A stretch of DNA of 64,000 nucleotides from the human T2T-CHM13v2.0 reference genome, Homo sapiens. This document shows, piece by piece, positions 55,230-64,000 of this stretch. Below the pieces are notes generated by a model. That model was given only the letters and a program-made list of their open reading frames with translations. It had not been told where the DNA came from and ran no database searches. Location: NCBI RefSeq assembly GCF_009914755.1, contig NC_060942.1; one strand, given 5' to 3'. The translations under genes and the position numbers were made by a program. Numbering within the stretch: the stretch's first letter is position 1; every line of letters starts with the position of its first letter.

Positions 55230-56720
55230 ATAGCCCACAGCCTGCTCCGAGTGACGCGGCCTCCACACGGACCCTCCGCACCTGCAGAGCCGCTCCGGGT
55301 GCCCGGCCAGGCCTCCGAGGGACGAAGTCCCTTTGGGGAAAGACATTTACCTAGAACACGCCAACATCTACAAGGTGTGAAATGGTCTTAATAAAGGGTT
55401 ACATCTTCTGAAATGCTGCATTTTAAAATCCCGTCTCTCTCTGTCTTTAGGGTCCGTTTCCTTCCTAAGGCAGGTGCAGAGCCCGGCCTTGCTGCGCCTT
55501 CGGGGCGCGGGCATCTCCCGGCCCAGCTCCGCCCTCCTCCCGCGCTGGAAGCCGCCGCCCGCCCTGGCCCGCGGTGAGTCCAGGGGAGGCCGCGCTCTGT
55601 GGCCACGGCTGTAATTTGAAGGGGCGGCCTCAGGCCCACCCCAGTGAGGCACCAGCACCCGCATCAGCTCCGACTTTGCGCGCTCGAGACCCCGGCCAGG
55701 GGCTGCCTCTGGGTCCGCCTGCGCCGCGAGAGGACTTGGGGCCTCGGGGACCCGGCGGGACCCTCCGGCTCTCGGCTGCGGAGCTGCGCGCCCATGGCGC
55801 GTCCCACGGCCACCCGGGCCTGGGCCTGTCGGGGACTCGGGAGGCGCCGCCCAGGTCTCAGGGGGACTCTGCCGAGGCACGGCCTGGGCCCGGGGCGCCA
55901 CGCGCGGACACGAGTGGGCGGGGAGGGAAGAGCAACCCCAGCCCTGCCGCCCCGTCCAGGGAGCCTCCCCCACCCGAGGCCGGCGGCTCAGCGCTCATGG
56001 GCGGCCTGGGGGCGCCTCCGGGAAGGACTCCTGCTCCCGCAGGAATTTGTCCCACGCAGAAGAACGAGGCCCCCGGGGAGCGCCCACCAACGCAGGGAGA
56101 CGGCGCGGGGCCCTCGAGCCGATGCGGGGCGCTCCTGCCTCAGCCCGGAGCGGTGCAGCCTCGGGCCCTGCTCTCCGCCCGGGAAGGCTCCGCGGGTTCG
56201 AATCTGCTGTGAAATGTCACCGGCGCGCTCGCCATCCGCGGGCAGAAGGAGCCGCTCCCGGGGGCCTTTCCACTCCGGGAGGGGACGATGCGCTCCGAAC
56301 CGCTCACGGGGAGCTTGGCCTGGTGGGTTCCAGGTGGGAGGAGGCGCTGCCCGCTCGGAGCGCCCGGGGCCTGGGCAGCTGCGTGGTCCCAGCGCCGGGG
56401 TCCGCGCCGGGTGGGGCCTTGGCCACGTGGAAACCCGGGGCTGGCCGTGCCCAGGGCAGTAGCGGTGACTCCGGCGGACGTCAGTGAGGACCTGGAAGTG
56501 AGGTTCCCCCAGGAGAACCCCCGTCAGGGACCCGGGGTCCAGTCCCGAATGGGAATAAACTGTGCGGCCCACGTAGAGCAGCTCGGAGCCGTCGCCCTGG
56601 CTCTGAGCAAGCCGAGCCTTCGAAGGCCCTGGACCGAGGCTTCCCTGGAGGTCCCCGGGCCCTGCCGTGCGTCCGAAGCTCCTGTCCAGACGCGGCGGCG
56701 CTGGGGCTGGGCTCTGCCTA
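55230..56720. promoter_or_regulatory. CpG island 2, probable promoter
   Basis: Dense CpG and GC boxes (gggcggg, ccgccc), E-boxes (cacgtg) and a gacgtca motif. Confidence 0.8.
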
Positions 56721-57047
56721 GAGCCCAAGATGTTTTCAATGTTCGTCTTTGATTTAAGACGAGAAAGTTTGGCTCAGCTCCGCTTCCACTCGCTGGCATC
56801 TGTGCCCCAGCGAAACTTGCCAACGTCTGGACTGTAAATAAGGGACTTTGACCTAAAAGTTTTTACAAGCTTTAAAGTTTCAGTAAAGTTGGGTAGAGAT
56901 ATTTCTTGGTAAGTTTGATGCCAAAAAAAAGGAAAAAAAGAAAAAAGCATGTGTTTTGCCTGAAGGAAGTTTGGCCGGCTGCTCCTCACGGCCTGGGCCC
57001 CCAGGAGGAGAACCCAGCTCTGCCACGCTGGTGTCTGCTGTCCCGAC

Positions 57048-57969
57048 TGTAAACCAAAAATAAACTTCTAAGCCCCCAACCGACTGAATGGACCCCCTCT
57101 CTGTCAAGGGGATTTCAAAGAAACCTGAAAAACGAGGTCAGGCCACGTGCGGCTGCCTCAAGGGTCATCCCTGCAGTGTCCAAAGCACAGGCTGGTGAGG
57201 GAGTGGGGGGCTGGAGATGCCCCATTCTACCCTCCTCCCTCTGGAATTCAGGCACAACTGACCAGTATGAACTTTAAAACAGAGATCTTAAGGCTGACAA
57301 ACAGGCTGTTGGTAGCAATATAAGATACCAAATTCCCACCTGACTCTAGTATAGCATCACATGACCGGGGGCAGGCCCTGGAAGTATCCAAATATTTTAC
57401 TCCAAAATATATTTATTTGGCATATTTTCTAACGGCCCTCCAAAGCTGTCTCTTGTGGGAGACATGTACATTCTGTAGAGAATCCTCTTCCCTTTCCAGG
57501 CCTTTTTCTGACGCTGAAGAGATTGGCTGAGAGTCTAGCACCTTCTAAAGGTCTAAAGAGGAAACAGTTGCCATCTATTGTCTCCAAGGGTGGCCACCTA
57601 TGAGACTTCATCTACATAAGAACCTTGGTCTCCAAACCCCTTCACCAAGACACTCCTTTCTGGTGATTCCACGTCTTTAGATAATAACTTAACTCTTTCA
57701 ACCAATTGCCAATCAGAAAACTCTCAAATACACCTGTGACCTGGAGGCCTCCACTGAGTCATCCCACCATTCCAGACCAACCCCACGCACACCTCACATG
57801 TACTGATTGGCGTCTGCCTGTAACTTTTGTCCCCCTAAATGTCTGAAGCCAACCTGGGCGCATGTTCTCAGGACCTCTTGAGACTGTGCCTCGGGCCTTG
57901 ACCACTCATATTTGGCTCAGAAGAAACCTCTCTAAATATTTTACAGAGTTTGGCTTTTTTCCCTCAACA
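57048..57969 (+). mobile_element. ERV1 solo LTR, MER4D-like
   Basis: TG...CA termini (tgtaaaccaaaaataaacttctaagccccc ... cagagtttggcttttttccctcaaca); 4-bp TSD cgac/tgac. Confidence 0.88.
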
Positions 57970-58829
57970 TGACTCTGCCACCCACCAACTTGAGCTGATG
58001 AATAAAAATGGTTTCAGGTGTCTCCCTGCCCTCCTTGCCCCCACAAAGAGAAACACATTGTCTGAAACAGCCGGAATGTTAAGCTCACTTTCTTTGTTCC
58101 TGTTTTCAGCTGGAGGTTGTGCCAGGGGTTCTCTGGAGGCCCAAGTCACCCCGGAGACACAGGGACACCCCACAGCCACGACCGTCCCACATGGGAGTCT
58201 GAGTGGAAAGTGGGGGACTGGGGCACCTCGAATGGGTTAGTGGCACTTAGAAAAGAGTGATGTCTTCTCAAATTAAGGGACAGACGCCTTTCGTGGGATG
58301 AAGGGAGTGCTGTCTACCATGCTACCGTGGACCACGGAAAGTCCGGAAGGGTCGTGGCACGAGCCGGCACACTGGAACGCTGCCGTGTGTGCCATGCAGG
58401 CAGCACGGGGCTCTTTCCTGAGGAGGGCTCTGCGTGTGGCCACAGTGGTGGGCAAAGCTGGGGCAGGGACTCCAGGTGCAGCTGCCTCAAGGGTCCTCCC
58501 TGCAGCGTCTGAGGCACAGGCTGGGGTTGCGTTCTGAGCCTGCGTGACGTCAGCCACACTCACTTTGGCTCTGGGATTCCTCCTTCCCATTCAAAAAGGA
58601 GGATCCAAACAAAAACCCACACATCTGTATCCTTGTGACTGCAGAGTATCAGGGCACCTCCGGAGAAACTGGGGGCCCCGAAGAGCCCCCCAGATGCCCA
58701 TGTAGATGCCCCCCAGATGCCCACCACACCCTCCTCCCGTAACAAGTAGCCACAGTGAAACTTTCCAAATCCCCAAATAAAGCCGCAGTGCGGAGCGAGT
58801 CCTGCCCGGAATGGTGGGCTCCTCTGCTG

Positions 58830-59345
58830 TATTCTTAAAATTGAGGTAAAACATAAATAACATAAAATGTGCCATTTTAACCATTTGTAAGGGCACGGTC
58901 CAGAGGGCTAAGCACATTCACGATGTTCTGTGCAGTCCTCACCACCGACCGTCTCCAGCACTTTCTCATCCTCCCAACCTGAAGCTCTGTCCCCGTGAAA
59001 TGCTCACTCCCCTGCCCCGGCCCCCGGCACCCCCACCTGCTTTCTGTCTCTATGGACCTGTGGACTCCAGGGACCTCCTGTGAGTGAGACTCACACGTGA
59101 TTGTCTTTACTGGGCATGATGTCCCCAAGATTCATCCATGGTATAGCCTGAGTCAGATTTTCCTTCCTTGTCCAAAGCTGAATATTCCACTGTAGGACGG
59201 ATCACGTTGTGTGGGTTCATTCCGCCCTGGATAGACACGTAGGTGGTGTGTGCCTTTTGGCTTTTGTGAACAAAGCTGCTGTGAACATGGGGGTGTAGGT
59301 GCTTCTTCGATATCCTGATTTCAATTATTTTGGGCCTATGCTCAG
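58830..59345 (-). mobile_element. Old L1 3' fragment (L1MB-like)
   Basis: aacataaaatgtgccattttaaccattt, ctttctgtctctatgga, aagattcatccatgg, gctgctgtgaacatggg. Confidence 0.78.
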
Positions 59346-59444
59346 CCTTCACTGTATTTTAACATGATTTTATCTTTCTTTAAGCGACTTTTTACATACG
59401 TCCATAAAATTTTAACTTGTTTAGTTGAGCGGTAACTGTAATTA

Positions 59445-59610
59445 CAGTGGACCCTTGAGGAATGCAGGTTTAAACTACATGGGTACATTTATTAAGCCAG
59501 TAGTTTGCACATGGCAGGTCCTCCTGGCTGCAGGGACTGAGTGTGGGGACTGGTCCCATATTCGAGGTTCTGGGACGCGTCCCCCAGGGACATCAAGGGA
59601 CGGACAACTG
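59445..59610. mobile_element. Tigger-derived MITE remnant
   Basis: TA-flanked cagtggacccttga...aagggacggacaactg termini typical of TcMar-Tigger MERs. Confidence 0.5.
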
Positions 59611-60183
59611 TGCCATTTTTCATATTTGCCACCAGCACCATCTCTAACTGGGTTTTCTGCTAATCAACGCCCCTGATTGTCAGGAGGAGAGGAGACCGGG
59701 CAGTGAGGCCCCAGTGCAGACCCCGGGCAGGCTGGGCTCACTTTAGCCTCCCCAGGCTCCCTCCCAGCCTCCTGGCCTCGGGTTCCAGGCCTCTTACCAT
59801 GAGGACGATGACAGGCCCGGAGCTCCCGTTCTGATTTAAAACTGCGGACCCAGCCGAGACCCTGCAGGGCCTCCAGCCCCACCTGCTCCTTCCAAGCCCG
59901 GTCTCAGCCCGGTCAGCGCCGCCCCCTCCGCCCTGAGGAGGAACCTGGCCCTTCGGAAGTCTTCCACTGTGTTCTCTGGGGAAACCACGGCGCCTCTCTT
60001 GCCAAAGCCTGGTTCCTTCTCTCCCTCTTTACCAGGCTGGGTTTTGCCGGCATTGTCTGTCGGATGCTATGGAGATGGGAAAATGAATTTCATCTTTCAT
60101 CTTGCACACACCTGTCTGAAGGCCCAATGTTGCCCTGGTGTGGGGACAGCGAGGGGCAAACTCGAGAAGCCCCTGTGGACGCA

Positions 60184-60440
60184 CAGGTGGCCTCGTGACA
60201 CCCCCAGGGGAGGCGCCCCAGACCCCCCCCCGCCGCCCGACGCCAGAACCCACGGGGCGGGGCCTCGCCTGGAATGGGGCATCCTCTCTAGAGGACTTGG
60301 GATACCTCGAACTATGCAATGCGGTGTAAATACTGTTTACACGGTATTTTATTGGGTTTTTTTTATTGTTGTATTGTGATTTTTCTTCCCCTCTGGGGTT
60401 GGTGGAACCCTCAGTTGCAAACAGGAATGCAGAGGTGGAT
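60184..60440 (+). mobile_element. MER2-like (TcMar-Tigger) remnant
   Basis: ctctagaggacttgggatacct...gtaaatactgtt...ggttggtggaaccc resembles recalled MER2 consensus. Confidence 0.55.
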
Positions 60441-62244
60441 GGTGGTTCCACGATTTGGAAATCATGAAAGACTACAGAGTCCTGCCAGCTTCTTGGTAGA
60501 ACTTTGTTTTTTATAAGCTCGATAGAAGATCTTATTAGCTTGATGATTCTTTGAGACCAGGTGCTATTCTTATCTAATTTATTTATTCATTTATTTCCTC
60601 AACAAATATTTCTTAAATGACTTTTATATTCTCCCCCAAGCATCTTAAGCAGATGCTTAATAATAGGAAATAACACTCCCTTTATACAATAACATTACGC
60701 AACGCCATCATTTGTTCTCATAAAGGCAATTAGTGCATGAATTTCCACCCCCACCCTCAAAAAATTGCAACACTGTGTGCGGTGGAGAAATCCTGGGCTG
60801 TCTCAGGTTTCCTCACTCCACACTCTCCCCAAGACAAAGTGGGTAGTTACCGCGCTAGAAGGTGGCCAAGAGCATGTGAGTCTACAGGCAAGTACCTTAC
60901 TCTCCTGGGGTGAAAATAATTCGGAGAAAGTAGAATATATGAAAAGAAAGTGTGGAGTTAAAGAACCAAAGCTCACAGACCATCTCCCCAGTAACCAGAG
61001 TTACTTAAATGCTTTGAATGCCACTTCTCTCATCTAGAAAATAGGGGTGAGGCCTCTAACTTCCCAGGACTGCCGCCCACGTCAAACCCTACCCCGAGCA
61101 TGTGAAGCCTCTGAGGCCTGCGATTTTGGCTGACAGAGGCACAGGCGGAGGCCAGGGCAGCGTGGGGAGCAGGAAGCCCCCGTGGCAGAACAAGAAGCTC
61201 CCCGTGGGGGAACAGGAACCCAAGCCCCATGGGGGAACAGGAAGCAGGTGAACTTGCTGCCTCCCCTCCCAGCTGGTGCGTCCCCAGCAGACAGAGGCCC
61301 CAAAACACCGAGTGACTCAACCTACAATCAGGCTTGTTTCCAAAACCTTGATTTCCAGGTTTCAAAATTGTAAGCTAAGCCCCGTCCATGGCCATGTGCC
61401 GCCCAAAGACCCCCCTCAGCCCCTCAGCCTGTATTCTTGCCCCCATAACTGCAAGCACTGCCCGGGATGGCCAGTTCCATAAAGAGCCAGCTTCCTGATT
61501 GCATTATCCGAGGACGAACCTCCCCAGGACTGAGGAGTTCGTCCCCCGCGGCTGATCACACAAATGGATCAAGGGCCTCCTGCTTGGAGGCCGGAGGGGA
61601 GAGCAGGTGAGACAGAGTCATCGATTCCCAGGCAACGTGGAGCACACATCTGCGCCTGGAAGGGGGCTGTCCCATTCTCGTGGAAGTCAAGGGATTTTTA
61701 CTTCATCCTCCCACAGGCATCCTTCCTGCGCTGTTTCAGAGCCTAGAAGCTGGGGTGCCCCACAGGACTTGGCCATGTCTGCACCTCAACCGACAGTCAC
61801 TTAATATGTTTCTCGAATTAATTTTAAATGTAATTTTGCTTTTCAACTTAGGCTCATTGTAAGTAAAACGAGTGACATCATGGACTAATATGCCTGTTAT
61901 ATTACTCTCTGTAACACATTCGAATTAATGTATAATAATACGTAAGAAATAACTAGTAAAATAAAGAACGTGTGTGCACATTCTTCCTAAAGAGCCTCTC
62001 TTGCACGGACAGGACTAGGCATAAGGTATTTGGGGAAACTGTCTCGCGAGAAGTGAGGGGCGGAGGCAGGTGTCCGGAGGCCTGCAGGTGCCACGGGGCT
62101 GAGGCCGGCCTCCTGCGCGGAGTCCCTCCCTCTGACCTCCCCGGGGTGCGAGCCCCACCTGCAAGGCGGTGGAGAGACGTCTCCATCTAGTGGCCGCCTG
62201 CTTCCATTACACTGGGAAGCAAGTTCCTGACCCTGAGGGTCCCG

Positions 62245-62385
62245 GGTTCCTTTTGGTGATGAAAACCCTCCGGAACTGAATAGCGGTAATGGCTGCACAA
62301 CCTTGTAAATATACTAAAAACCCCTGAATTGGGCATTTTAAAGGCATGAATTATATGGTACGAGTTATATCTCCATTTTTAAAAG
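62245..62385 (+). mobile_element. Old L1M 3' end fragment
   Basis: ttttggtgatgaaaa, atggctgcacaaccttgtaaatatactaaaaacc, tgaattatatggta...ttatatctc. Confidence 0.7.
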
Positions 62386-63639
62386 AACTTTTGTGAAAGG
62401 TTTCAATATATGAGCAGAAAAACCTTGTTCACGTCTTCTTATGGTGAAATGAAAGCATCTGAAGCACAGTGAGTGTGTCTTTTTTACTTTGTCCAGAAAC
62501 ATGAAGTTTAAAACATCCAGGGACCACAAGTCTTCGAGATAGAAATGTTTCATTTGTGCTTTTCTGTAAGCCACAGCTATAGTTACTACTGAATACCATT
62601 CTTCCAGGACCCTTTTATCTGATATTCTAATAAGTTGTTTCTTTTTAAAGGCACTTCTCCCTAAAAAGTGTTCTCAGGCTGCAATTACACGGATCTGAAG
62701 TGTGCGGCATACGGCTTTGCTCTCACTCTGCAGTGGAGCTTGTGGGTGTGGTGAAATGATGATGTTTTATTCTAAGGGGAGGCCGAGAACCATCTGCTTC
62801 TCGACGGAAACCATGTGTTATTACAAGACGCTACGTCAGGCGTTTTAACATGATACACTCCTTGCAATTATACTTACTAAACAGAACACCACTGCAGAAT
62901 TTCCCTAATGTTCTCCTCACACACCAACTCAAGAATCTTCCCCTGCACCTCAAATGGTGCAATTATTTTGTAAAGGTCTTTGTCAGTGGATTCAAAATAA
63001 CCAGAAACAATAATGATTATTATTTAGAATTCCAGTGTAATTTTCCAGCTGAGATGCAGCCTCAGGTGTGGACAGAGTGGAAAATGAGGTGATTTGTGTC
63101 CAGCCCGTCTTCAGGGAGGGGAGACCCTGCTACTGGCTCCTCATTGCCCGGCAGGGAGTGTCCTCCCCCAAAAGATGCTGGAATGTGGCTCCACGGGAGC
63201 CATGAATCCGTGTGACCCTAGGCTCGTCACTGTCACAGTGCACATTTCATGGCCTCAAACGGGTCTTCCTTGTGTGTAAACTTCAGAGAGAAAGTGCCTT
63301 CATGGGGTGAACACAGAAGTGCCACCCCAGGAAGTCTCTGCTGCCCAGCAGCAGGAAGGGGGGTCGAGTCTGAGGCCCCAAGGAAGGAGGAACTGAGCTC
63401 TGCTGTAGGGAGCCCCGTCCAGGGATGAGCAAGGCGGGAGGGGAAGGCCGGGAAGCGGCCAGGGAACTCTCTGAAGGCCGCCTTCACTCTGGAGCCTGGC
63501 CGAGGCTCAGCTGGCTTGACCACGCTGCGATATGCATCTCCCTCCGCCCAGCCCTGATTCCTCTCCTTTCCTCACACAGCCGTTGACCCTAAACAGATCT
63601 CACCTGCAAAATCCAACTGCATGTCAGCCACAGTCTACA

Positions 63640-63712
63640 GTGCACAGTGGAGACCTCGAAGACAGGATTATTCAGCCCAAAATGTTACTAGCGCTGTGGT
63701 TGAGAGATCCGG
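63640..63712 (+). mobile_element. MER20-like fragment
   Basis: attattcagcccaaaatgttactagcgctgtggttgaga resembles the MER20 3' end. Confidence 0.5.
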
Positions 63713-63764
63713 AAACAGGCTGACCGCGAAGAGAGAGGAGGCACAGTTAGTAAGGCCGGTGATG

Positions 63765-64000
63765 AGAGGGAACATCACCACCTCGTGCTAAGGGAATGGT
63801 ATGAGCAAACATATGCCAATAAAGACGAAATGCAAAAATGCCTAGAAAGACACAAATGGCCAAAACTGACTTGAGAAGAAATGGAAAATCCTAATAGGCC
63901 TACGACAAGTAAAGACATTTAAAAATCTTCCCAAAAGAAAAGCCCTGTCCCCAATGGCTTCATTGGTCGACTTTATCAAATATTTAAAGAAGAAAATAAT
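63765..64000 (+). mobile_element. Old L1M ORF2 fragment, runs off window end
   Basis: cctagaaagacacaaa...caaaactgact..agaagaaat, tggcttcattgg...ttatcaaatatttaaagaagaaa. Confidence 0.78.

Noticed and set aside
55368-56752. Multiple 150-270-aa ORFs in CpG island 2
   Set aside because: Open on both strands and several frames with Gly/Pro/Arg/Ala bias, typical of GC-rich non-coding DNA.

Overview
Primate (almost certainly human or great-ape) GC-rich genomic DNA with a subtelomeric-type character. Evidence: AluY/AluS, L1PA, MER4/MER21 LTRs, Charlie1a, MER2, two CpG islands and an unusually high density of minisatellites. I recognise no protein-coding gene; nearly all long ORFs in the track are tandem-repeat or GC-content artefacts, and the only real protein homology is an L1 ORF2 fragment. 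The window is dominated by an ~18.7-kb array of a 60-bp unit (~310 copies, 18672-37380) that directly abuts a CpG island and shows internal higher-order structure. The main findings are: (1) an L1PA insertion with an apparent 14-bp TSD enclosing an inverted 3' end plus ~260 bp of non-L1 DNA and lacking a terminal poly(A); (2) the 60-bp array's forkhead/TALE motif content and variant code; (3) a 49-bp local templated insertion inside a MER4D-like LTR; (4) candidate minus-strand spliced exons downstream of each CpG island. Repeat subfamily names are from memory of consensus sequences, not a database search, and the chromosomal locus is not identified.
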